Assembly (NCBI GenBank): GCA_000999395.1
Contig: LCOM01000005.1
Coordinates: 553-26,450 of the forward strand
Length of the DNA: 25,898 bases
DNA from: Parcubacteria group bacterium GW2011_GWA2_47_7
GTDB taxonomy: Bacteria > Patescibacteriota > Minisyncoccia > Phycocordibacterales > UBA6899
Direction: 5' to 3'
Part shown: positions 7,772 through 15,593 of the stretch, one piece after another
Layout of the letters: the number at the start of each line of letters is the position of its first letter
How positions within the stretch are numbered: position 1 is the stretch's first letter
The notes under the pieces: generated by a model
The model's input: the letters and a program-made list of their open reading frames with translations, nothing else
Told to the model about the DNA's origin: nothing
Databases searched by the model: none
Position numbers and translations under genes: made by a program

Positions 7772-8980
7772 TCAAGAATGGATGAGGAATTCTTTTTCAA
7801 TCTCGAGCAGACGTTCATATTTTACTCGGCGTTCCTTCTGTGTTGGTGCCCCTGCTTTCAGTCCGTATGCACCAATTCCGACGGCAAGATCCGCGATGAA
7901 CGAGTCCTCCGTTTCCCCAGACCGATGACTTGCTATCAACTTCCATCCTGCCTTTTGTGCGATATGAGCCGTTTGAAAAACTTCAGCAAGCGTCCCCACC
8001 TGATTGGGCTTGATGATCATACTATTGGCACGATGTTCGTCGATCATTTCTTTTGTAATCTCTGGATTGGTCACCGTGAGGTCATCTCCAACGATGAGCG
8101 TCCTATTCCCAAGCTCTGCGGTAATACGATGAAATGCGGAAAAGTCATCCTCAGCAAAAGGGTCTTCGATACTCTTCAGATGGAATTTCTGCACAAGATT
8201 TTCGTATACAGAAAACAGTTCCTCCGACGTGTGGGGTGCTCCCTCGAGAACATATTTTCCGTCATGAAAAAACTCTGATGCTGCGGCATCAATCGCCAAA
8301 AATGCCATTGCCTCGGCCCCCATCGCTTCACTCAAAAGCTCGAATGGTTTTTCAATACCCCTTACATCCGGTGAATATCCACCTTCATCCCCCATAGGAA
8401 CATCACCATACCGCTGTTTGATCAATGTGCCCAAAGTTTCAAATATTGCATTTGCTTTCGCGTAAGATTCAGACGGGAGTGCGCGACCAACCGCCACAAT
8501 GTACTCCTGAAACGGCAAGCGAAATGATGCATGCGCTCCGCCATTCAACATATTCATATAGAGAAACGGAAACCCCGGGGTAAATCCCCCGATTCCGGCA
8601 ATAGTCTTCCAAAGTGGCTCCTTTCTCACGAACGCAGCGAGTCTCATAGTGGCCATGGAGACACCGAGCATCGCATTTGCACCGAGCTTGTGTTTATCTG
8701 ATGTTCCATCAAGCGCGAGAAGTGTTCGGTCAACATGCTCCGGATCAAGCGGTGCATCGCGCAATGCCTCATCAATAGCGGTATTCACATTTACGATAGC
8801 GCGCGCGACTCCGACTCCATCGGCGTCACGCAGTTCACACGCCTCCCGCCGTCCGGCACTCTTTCCAGACGGTACTGAAGCGCTCGCCTTTTCCAATCCG
8901 CTATGAACCGTAACGGTGATGGTTGGTGTACCACGTGAATCATGTATTTCTACCGCCTCGACACGCGTGATCTTTTCCAT
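7772..8980 (-). CDS. eno: enolase (phosphopyruvate hydratase)
   Basis: From ATG 8980 the product reads MEKITRVEAVEIHDSRGTPTITVTV...SGKSAGRREACELRD...SHRSGETEDSFIADLAVG. The start lies 1 nt after the ppsA stop codon. Confidence 0.93.
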   Translation of the reverse strand: MEKITRVEAVEIHDSRGTPTITVTVHSGLEKASASVPSGKSAGRREACELRDADGVGVARAIVNVNTAIDEALRDAPLDPEHVDRTLLALDGTSDKHKLGANAMLGVSMATMRLAAFVRKEPLWKTIAGIGGFTPGFPFLYMNMLNGGAHASFRLPFQEYIVAVGRALPSESYAKANAIFETLGTLIKQRYGDVPMGDEGGYSPDVRGIEKPFELLSEAMGAEAMAFLAIDAAASEFFHDGKYVLEGAPHTSEELFSVYENLVQKFHLKSIEDPFAEDDFSAFHRITAELGNRTLIVGDDLTVTNPEITKEMIDEHRANSMIIKPNQVGTLAEVFQTAHIAQKAGWKLIASHRSGETEDSFIADLAVGIGAYGLKAGAPTQKERRVKYERLLEIEKEFLIHS

Positions 8981-8981
8981 A

Positions 8982-11396
8982 TTAGCGACCCAATTGTTTT
9001 TCCTCCTCTGCAACCTCAAAGAGCATCGGGATAATGGAGTCAGGATTAAGGGATACAGTATCAATGCCTTCCTGGATGAGAAATCTCAGAAAATCAGGAA
9101 AATCTGACGGTGCCTGCCCGCAAATACCAATATACTTCCCTCTCGCCTTGCAAGCCTTAATGGCCATCGAGATGAGCGTCTTCACTGCTGGGTCTTTTTC
9201 ATTGGTGATACCCGCCACGATTCCCGAGTCACGATCACTTCCTACCGTACACTGAGTAAGATCATTCGAACCAATAGAGAAACCATCAAAGATATCGAGG
9301 AATTCATCAGCACGCAATACATTTGAGGGTATCTCACACATCACGTAGACATGCAATCCATCCTCATCTTTGCGCAATCCGAATTCTGCCATAGTCTCAA
9401 GCACTTTCTTCCCCTCTTCCGGAGTACGGCAGAACGGAATCATCACGTGCAGATTTTTGAGACCAAAAGTATTGCGCACCCGAAGTATCGCATCGCATTC
9501 CAGTTTGAACGCGTCCTTAAATTTCGGATCATAATATCGTGATGCACCACGCCAACCGAGCATTGGATTCTCCTCGCTCGGCTCATAGGCTTCACCACCA
9601 AGCAGTGTGCGGTACTCATTTGTCTTGAAGTCTGAGAAGCGGACAATCACCTGATGCGGATACGACGCAGCGGCAATCTGTGCAATCCCCTCCGCCAGTT
9701 TCTGAACATAAAATTCCACCTTGTCGGGATATCCGAGCGTCCGCGCATTAATCTTCTTCTGTAGTTCCTTATCGAGCTTATTATAATCGAGAAGCGCCTT
9801 TGGGTGGATTCCGATCTGCGACATGATGATAAACTCTTCACGCGCAAGCCCTACACCTTTATGGGGAAGGTGTGCATACATGAAGGCGGCCTCGGGGCTA
9901 CCAACATTCATTGCAATCTTTGTTTTTGTTTCTGGTACCTGAGAGAGATCTTCGACGCGCTCTTCCCATTCGAGCTTCCCCGGATAAATATACCCGACGG
10001 AACCCGACGATGCATCAACGGTCAACTCCATCCCCGTCTTAATTTTTGCCAACTCTTCCATTCCAATGCCGATAACGGCAGGAATACCGAGCTCACGGGA
10101 AACAATTGCTGCGTGAGACGTGCGCCCTCCCTTCGCCGTAATAATGGCAGATGCCATCTTCATGATGGGTTCCCAATCCGGGTCGGTGATCTCAGTCACT
10201 AATATTTCACCCTGTTTGAATTCATCGAGCTTCGCCGCAGAAAGAATGACTCGCGCGTTCCCCGTCGCAATCTTTCCCCCAACGCAAATACCATGTGTCA
10301 GCGCCTCTGGTGCTCCTTTTTGTAAAAGATATTCGGTAATAGAAAAACCCTTCTTCTCAGATTGCACAGTTTCGGGACGCGCCTGAACAATATAGAGCTT
10401 GTTTTCGACTCCGTCCTTCGCCCACTCGATATCCATCGGGGTCGGTTTTCCGAAGCGCGCGGTGTAATGCTCTTCGATAATCATTCCCCACTGCGCCAAT
10501 TCAATAACCTCGTCGTCAGAAAGCGAAAATTTCGTCTGATCCGATTCTGGAACACTTATCTCTTTAACCGGTGAATCCTGCGATTCGGTATAGACCATCA
10601 TCATCTTTTTCTCGCCAAGTGATTTTTTTACAATCGAGCGAAAACCATCACGAAGTGTCGGCTTGAAGAGCATAAATTCATCGGGGGTCACCTTTCCCTG
10701 CACAACCATCTCACCAAGTCCGTAGGAAGCATTGATCTCTATGACATCACGGAAACCGGTCTCCGTATCAATGGTAAACATCACTCCAGATGACCCCTTG
10801 TCTGAACGAGCCATCTTTTGAACACCAACGGAGAGCGCAACGTCAAAATGACTAAATCCCTTGTCGACACGATACGAGATCGCCCTATCATTGAAGAGCG
10901 ACGCCATTGCCTCGCGCGTCTTTTTAATAACCTGCTCCGCTCCATAGACGTTGAGATACGTCTCGTGTTCTCCCGCAAACGACGCACCAGGAAGGTCCTC
11001 GGCGGTCGCCGAAGAACGAACGGCAACGTCAGCTTCTTTCACACCATAGGACTCAGAAATTTTTTCATACGCAACAGTGATCTCATCGCGCAATGTTTGA
11101 GGAAACTCTACTTTGAGAAACGCCTCACGGACTGATTTGCCTGCATGTTGTAGCGCTTTGATGTCGGTCGTGTCAAGGTCGGTCAATTCTTTCTTGATGA
11201 TATCAGCGAGCCCGGACAGTGTAATAAAATCGCGATATGCTTTTGCGGTGACAATGAATCCATTCGGGACTCGAATACCCTTACTTGCAAGTGCTGTATA
11301 CATCTCACCGAGTGAGGCATTCTTTCCCCCCACAATCTGCACATCATCGTTGCCAACCTGGTCAAACCACAATATCGCCTGCTCTGTTTTATTCAT
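8982..11396 (-). CDS. ppsA: phosphoenolpyruvate synthase (pyruvate, water dikinase)
   Basis: The 804-aa ORF has an N-terminal GGKNASLGEM motif and the phosphohistidine motif GGRTSHAAIVSRELGIPAV. It also has a C-terminal PEP-utilising TIM-barrel domain (FSIGSNDLTQ). Confidence 0.95.
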   Translation of the reverse strand: MNKTEQAILWFDQVGNDDVQIVGGKNASLGEMYTALASKGIRVPNGFIVTAKAYRDFITLSGLADIIKKELTDLDTTDIKALQHAGKSVREAFLKVEFPQTLRDEITVAYEKISESYGVKEADVAVRSSATAEDLPGASFAGEHETYLNVYGAEQVIKKTREAMASLFNDRAISYRVDKGFSHFDVALSVGVQKMARSDKGSSGVMFTIDTETGFRDVIEINASYGLGEMVVQGKVTPDEFMLFKPTLRDGFRSIVKKSLGEKKMMMVYTESQDSPVKEISVPESDQTKFSLSDDEVIELAQWGMIIEEHYTARFGKPTPMDIEWAKDGVENKLYIVQARPETVQSEKKGFSITEYLLQKGAPEALTHGICVGGKIATGNARVILSAAKLDEFKQGEILVTEITDPDWEPIMKMASAIITAKGGRTSHAAIVSRELGIPAVIGIGMEELAKIKTGMELTVDASSGSVGYIYPGKLEWEERVEDLSQVPETKTKIAMNVGSPEAAFMYAHLPHKGVGLAREEFIIMSQIGIHPKALLDYNKLDKELQKKINARTLGYPDKVEFYVQKLAEGIAQIAAASYPHQVIVRFSDFKTNEYRTLLGGEAYEPSEENPMLGWRGASRYYDPKFKDAFKLECDAILRVRNTFGLKNLHVMIPFCRTPEEGKKVLETMAEFGLRKDEDGLHVYVMCEIPSNVLRADEFLDIFDGFSIGSNDLTQCTVGSDRDSGIVAGITNEKDPAVKTLISMAIKACKARGKYIGICGQAPSDFPDFLRFLIQEGIDTVSLNPDSIIPMLFEVAEEEKQLGR

Positions 11397-11446
11397 ACCC
11401 TATGAATTATTTATAATGATTATCAAACAACGCGAATCACGCTCGA

Positions 11447-12402
11447 TCAGGATTTCGCCCGAATTAAAAAATAAAAGTCTGACACATTTATGCCGGTTTG
11501 TCCGGTCACAATCGCTCCGCCGTTTTGACGCCAAAAATTATACGAATCATTTCTCGATAAATACATCTTCGGATCAAGCCCTGCTTGTTTTGCACGCTCA
11601 CGATCACCTTCATCGATGATTGCTCCCGCAACATCTGTATTATCCCACCCATCCGAAGCGGCAGCAACAAAGACTTCATCGGTCGGGATGGTCGCGAGCG
11701 CACCAAGGGCAAACTCTTGATTTCTCCCCCCTTTACCTGGGGAATCTGAAAGTTCAACAGTGGTTTCTCCACCATAAAGCATGCACGAGCCTGGTGAGCA
11801 TTTCATCGTCGAAAAATAAGCCCCAATATTGGGGGCTATCCCCTGTAGCGCGGTATCACGAATTTCAGCCTGATAACCAAGCGCATCCGCCTTTTCCTTC
11901 ATTGCCAAGAGTGCGACTTTGTTCGTGACAAGAAGAACGTTGGTAACCTTTTGAAAATATTTTTCTTCCTTTGGTGTCTCCACTAGTTCACAGTCGGGAA
12001 GTTTGCATTGCGTCAACACGTTGTACTCTGCAAGAATATGTTCGGCATCGATGATGGTTGAAGTATCCCGTACTGTCGGACCTGATGCAACGATGCTCAT
12101 GTCATCTCCCGGCACATCGGAAAATATAAAGGAGACGACTGTTGCGGGGTAGAGCAGTTTTGCGAGCTGCCCACCCTGTATATCGGAAATATGCTTTCGA
12201 ACGGTATTCACCTCACTTATCGTGGCGCCCCTCTTCCAGAGTGCCTCGATGATATCCTGAATGGTTTCGCACACCATATTGTGCGGCAAACATAGGAGCG
12301 AAGAACCTCCGCCTGATACCCCGCCTCCAAAATTGCTAGGGCATCACGACGAAGCGGCGTAGTGCCAAGCACCTCAGCATTTTTGATTATCGGCTCATTC
12401 AT
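11447..12402 (-). pseudogene. glycerate 2-kinase (DUF4147 + MOFRL family) with an internal N-domain deletion and a frame change
   Basis: One frame gives MNEPIIKNAEVLGTTPLRRDALAILEAGYQA from ATG 12402. The next frame opens only at about 12343 and reads GGGVSGGGSSLLCLP...EVNTVRKHISDIQGG...SDVPGD...GGETTV...GGRNQE...TGINVSD. Roughly 95-100 aa normally separate these two blocks, and they are absent here. Confidence 0.6.
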
Positions 12403-12473
12403 GTGCGCATTATAGCACCACCGGAAAGGTGGCGTATCTCAGAAAGTGCACAAGTAGACGATTAGTATCCTAT

Positions 12474-12482
12474 TGCTATAAT
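12474..12482 (+). promoter_or_regulatory. extended -10 box TGCTATAAT, 7 nt upstream of ATG 12490 (leaderless-type)
   Basis: The plus strand reads TGCTATAAT ACGATTC ATG. Confidence 0.5.
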
Positions 12483-12489
12483 ACGATTC

Positions 12490-12981
12490 ATGATCCTCGC
12501 GACACATGCAGTCGTAGGCGCCGCCGCCGCGAACATCTTTCCAGGTCATCCTATGATGGCTTTTGTTGTTGGATTTCTCAGTCATTTCGTGCTTGACGCG
12601 ATACCGCACTGGCACTACACACTTCTATCAAGCAGACATGATCACACTGACCCGATGAATTCGGACATCATCCTCAATAAGGATTTTCCACTCGACCTCT
12701 TCAAAATAGGATGTGATGCCATGCTCGGTATCGGGCTTGCAGTGCTCTTTCTGCATGCCACAACCCCCTACTACCTTTCAGTAACCATCCTTGGGGCGAT
12801 TGGAGGCATCATGCCGGATGCGCTCCAATTCGCCTATTTCAAATGGAGACATGAGCCACTCGTCACCCTCCAACGCTTCCATCACTGGATTCATGCAAAA
12901 TCCAATCTTGACCATCAGGCAATATGGGGACCAGCCATCCAAGTATTCATTGGGGTCTTTTGCATGCTTCTTGTACGATAA
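12490..12981 (+). CDS. membrane-bound metal-dependent hydrolase-like protein (DUF457/YdjM-like)
   Basis: The 163-aa multi-TM ORF has His-rich motifs: GFLSHFVLDAIPHWHY, then MPDALQF and HHWIH. Confidence 0.5.
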   Translation: MILATHAVVGAAAANIFPGHPMMAFVVGFLSHFVLDAIPHWHYTLLSSRHDHTDPMNSDIILNKDFPLDLFKIGCDAMLGIGLAVLFLHATTPYYLSVTILGAIGGIMPDALQFAYFKWRHEPLVTLQRFHHWIHAKSNLDHQAIWGPAIQVFIGVFCMLLVR

Positions 12982-13024
12982 AAACTGCATGATTTGTGCC
13001 AAGGAGATAACAAGTAGCACAAAC

Positions 13025-13050
13025 AAAAAACGCCTTGCGGCGCGTTTTTT
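13025..13050. terminator. bidirectional intrinsic terminator
   Basis: AAAAAACGCC TTGC GGCGCGTTTTTT has a GC stem flanked by an A6 run and a T6 run. It lies between the convergent genes ending at 12981 and 13073. Confidence 0.6.
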
Positions 13051-13072
13051 GTTTTCCTTAAAGAATATATTA

Positions 13073-13453
13073 TTACTCTGCAACTGGCTCAAGACCCATC
13101 ATGGGCACCACTTGTACCGATGTCACACCCTTCGTCGCCTGAACACGAGTATTTATTGTGTTGGGATATCCGAAAGAAGAAATACCTCCATGCATACGCT
13201 GAAAATGAGCATCGAATGATTGGTCATATTGCGACCCATAACTTCGTGAATCCCGTACTCCATGGCGATATTCACCGTGTCCTCCGACACACACTCCTGT
13301 CATAAATACTAATGCGAGCACGACAATGGTCACCATGCATCGCATCATGCAGCACCGATGGTGACAAAACTTATGCATATTCATACACTTCCCTCCTCCA
13401 TGGCACATATGGCCTTCAACACTTACTACTTCCTCTGTCTTGTTTTCATCCAT
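13073..13453 (-). CDS. small single-pass membrane protein with a Cys/His/Met-rich N-terminus
   Basis: From ATG 13453 the product reads MDENKTEEVVSVEGHMCHGGGKCMNMHKFCHHRCCMMRCM, then a TM segment (VTIVVLALVFMTGVCVGG), then a tail of about 70 aa. An alternative upstream ATG at 13576 would add another Cys-containing extension (WRCGVCQK...). Confidence 0.5.
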   Translation of the reverse strand: MDENKTEEVVSVEGHMCHGGGKCMNMHKFCHHRCCMMRCMVTIVVLALVFMTGVCVGGHGEYRHGVRDSRSYGSQYDQSFDAHFQRMHGGISSFGYPNTINTRVQATKGVTSVQVVPMMGLEPVAE

Positions 13454-13608
13454 AGACGATTTAGCCCTAGCGATTAAAGAATTTGTACAGTATATACGCA
13501 GTAAAGCGTCAATAAGGTGCAGTACACAGAAATAGCTAACTTTGAGCTTCTGGCACACCCCGCACCGCCATATCATGTCATATCCCTATCCATATTTTCC
13601 TCATTTTA

Positions 13609-13646
13609 TGTCAAGACTAAGTCTTGACATTTTTTTTTGGGGGGGG
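13609..13646 (+). promoter_or_regulatory. perfect 10-1-10 palindrome TGTCAAGACT-A-AGTCTTGACA followed by a T9 G8 tract
   Basis: The palindrome at 13609-13629 presents TTGACA on both strands. T9 lies at 13630-13638 and G8 at 13639-13646. On the plus strand it reads as a hairpin followed by a T-run (terminator-like), or it could be an operator. Confidence 0.5.
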
Positions 13647-13676
13647 CAACAGACTCCCTGAGCTGGAGTTTGTTGC
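13646..13676 (+). other. strong 12-bp-stem hairpin
   Basis: GCAACAGACTCC (13646-13657) pairs with GGAGTTTGTTGC (13665-13676), with one G-U pair and a 7-nt loop. AGCTCG TTTTT follows. Confidence 0.45.
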
Positions 13677-13686
13677 AGCTCGTTTT

Positions 13687-13710
13687 TGTATTCTTTATTT
13701 GTATTCTTTA
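13687..13710 (+). repeat. tandem 11-bp direct repeat TGTATTCTTTA x2 (13-bp period)
   Basis: Exact copies lie at 13687-13697 and 13700-13710. Confidence 0.6.
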
Positions 13711-13939
13711 GTAGGCATACATTATAGAGATATACTTCTGCGGGACTCTTTTGGATAAAACCGAACGATAGACCAGACTATCCGTCGCCGTGCGCAGTGC
13801 ACTTCTGACCTCACGTGTTTCGTACCACAAACCTTGCGATAACAAAAGTAGCCCAACAAAATCTTCCTATATAACATTTATGATGACAGATTCTTCGTCA
13901 CAACTAGGATTGGCGGGAAAAAGAGGGTAAAATGCATAC

Positions 13940-14215
13940 ATGGAACAAGTTGCAACACCCGACGTCATCACAATAAATACCGAAACTCCTCCGACCGTTG
14001 AAGGGCGCGTGAACGCGGTCATTGCAAAGGTTCGGCCCTACATCCAATCTCATGGGGGTGATGTCTGGGTGGGGAAAATCGAGGATGGGATACTCACCCT
14101 CCGCATTGAAGGAAGTTGTGCACAATGCCCTCTCGCCTCACTGACGTATAATAAGGTGGTCAAAACACTTCTCAATGAAGAAGTGCCCGAGATCACCGGA
14201 ATTGTGCTGACCTAG
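13940..14215 (+). CDS. NifU C-terminal-domain (Nfu-type) Fe-S cluster scaffold/carrier protein
   Basis: The 91-aa ORF reads VIAKVRPYIQSHGGDVWVGKIEDGILTLRIEGSCAQCPLASLT, with the CxxC motif typical of the family. Confidence 0.85.
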   Translation: MEQVATPDVITINTETPPTVEGRVNAVIAKVRPYIQSHGGDVWVGKIEDGILTLRIEGSCAQCPLASLTYNKVVKTLLNEEVPEITGIVLT

Positions 14216-14231
14216 TCGTTTATTCATTATT

Positions 14232-14240
14232 TGTTAACAT
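14232..14240 (+). promoter_or_regulatory. extended -10-like box TGTTAACAT, 8 nt upstream of ATG 14249
   Basis: The plus strand reads TGTTAACAT AAAAATAT ATG. No Shine-Dalgarno sequence is visible. Confidence 0.4.
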
Positions 14241-14248
14241 AAAAATAT

Positions 14249-14509
14249 ATGTCAGAAACTCGAGAATATCTTCGCAACAAAGAAGGTTCGAATATCAGTA
14301 AGATCGTTGTCGATCGTGATCTCTGCATTTCCGCGGTCTCCTGCATCGCAGTGTCTGAAGCGACATTCGCGCTTGATGACGAAAGCAAGGTAATCGCCAC
14401 CGACCCCAACGCCGCAGATGATGAGACACTCATGGCCGCCGCAGAATCCTGTCCAACCAAAGCCATCCTCCTTTTTGATAATGACGGAAAACAGGTGTTC
14501 CCCGTCTAA
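14249..14509 (+). CDS. small single-cluster ferredoxin
   Basis: The 86-aa acidic protein reads KIVVDRDLCISAVSCIAVSEATFALDDE...AAAESCPTKAILLFD. This is the pattern of single [4Fe-4S]/[3Fe-4S] ferredoxins. Confidence 0.7.
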   Translation: MSETREYLRNKEGSNISKIVVDRDLCISAVSCIAVSEATFALDDESKVIATDPNAADDETLMAAAESCPTKAILLFDNDGKQVFPV

Positions 14510-14518
14510 ACGATACCT

Positions 14519-15593
14519 ATGGAGAGCGCCACGTACCTTATTGTCGGCGGAGGAATCGCCGGAACAACGTCAGCGGAAACAAGCTTCCGTCTGGATGAAA
14601 TCTGAAGATTGGTACACGACAAACAACATCACACTATTGACCGGATGTGCCGCCGTGGCACTTGATGCGACGGCGAAACAGGTCACACTGAGTGACGGCA
14701 AGATATTTCAATACGAAAAACTACTCATTGCGACCGGAACACATAACCGCAAGTGGACTATTCCCGGAGCGAACAAAAAAAGTGTGCACTATCTGCGCAC
14801 ACTCGACCACGCAAAAGCAATCATCAAGGATCTCCACGACGGAAAAAGTCATGCGGTTATCGTCGGAAGCGCCTGTGTCACGTATGAGGTTGCTGACATC
14901 CTCCGATCAAAAGAGATCGAAGTGACCGAAGTAATGCGTGAACACTACTTTTGGGAACCTGCGCTCTCCCAAGATGAGGCGAGTATCGTTGAGGAACGAC
15001 TCGTTGAACGTGGTGTGACGCTGATTCGAGACATGGAAATCACCGAGGTCATTGGTGGCGACGAAGTCGAAGGGGTTATTCTCAAGGATGGAAGAATGCT
15101 TCATTGCGACATGGTTTTTGCATTTATCGGTGTAGATATTCCAACGAACTGGCTCATATCGTCCGGAATAACGCTGGATCGCGGGATACATGCAAACCAA
15201 TATCTCGAAACATCACTCCCTGACGTGTGGGTGGCGGGAGATACAGCTCGCTATAAGGATGTCATTTTAAATGATTCCGTCGTCATGGGTAACTGGATGA
15301 ATGCAACAAAGCAAGGCGAGACGGCCGCAATGAATATGCTGGGAGACAAAAAAGGCTTTGAACTCGTCTCATTCCACTCGAGTCATGGCTTCGGCGACAT
15401 GATTTCATTTGCCGGCGATGGTCGCGCAAAAGAGGACAGAGAATATATCATGCGTGGGAACATTTCTGAAAGAAAGTATGGGCGTATCATTCTCTGCGAG
15501 AATCATATCGTCGGCGCAACAATGATAAATCGCACCCAAGAACTCACATCAGCCGCGCGTCTACAATATATGCATGGTCTTTTGTTACGATGA
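14519..15593 (+). pseudogene. FAD-dependent pyridine nucleotide-disulfide oxidoreductase (ferredoxin/rubredoxin-reductase-like) with an N-terminal deletion and frameshift
   Basis: ATG 14519 gives MESATYLIVGGGIAGTTSAETSFRLDEI, ending at TGA 14603-14605. The rest of the protein is in another frame and reads VWMKSEDWYTTNNITLLTG...YEKLLIATGT...VWVAGD. The usual segment of about 35-40 aa containing PY-RP-LSK is missing. The second dinucleotide motif is degenerate (VIVGSACVTYE). Confidence 0.6.

Noticed and set aside
13880-13930. 16-codon upstream ORF (MMTDSSSQLGLAGKRG) ahead of the NifU-like gene
   Set aside because: It is too short to evaluate and has no conserved-looking features. It could equally be plain 5' UTR or promoter DNA.
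14276-14300. GGTTCGAAT, a tRNA T-loop-like sequence
   Set aside because: It lies inside the ferredoxin coding frame. The flanking bases cannot form a T-stem or acceptor stem, so it is not a tRNA.
14581-14586. A HindIII site (AAGCTT) exactly at the deletion junction of the reductase gene, and another at 5772-5777
   Set aside because: A 6-bp site is expected several times by chance in 26 kb. There are no vector-like or linker sequences around it, so I do not read it as evidence of engineering.
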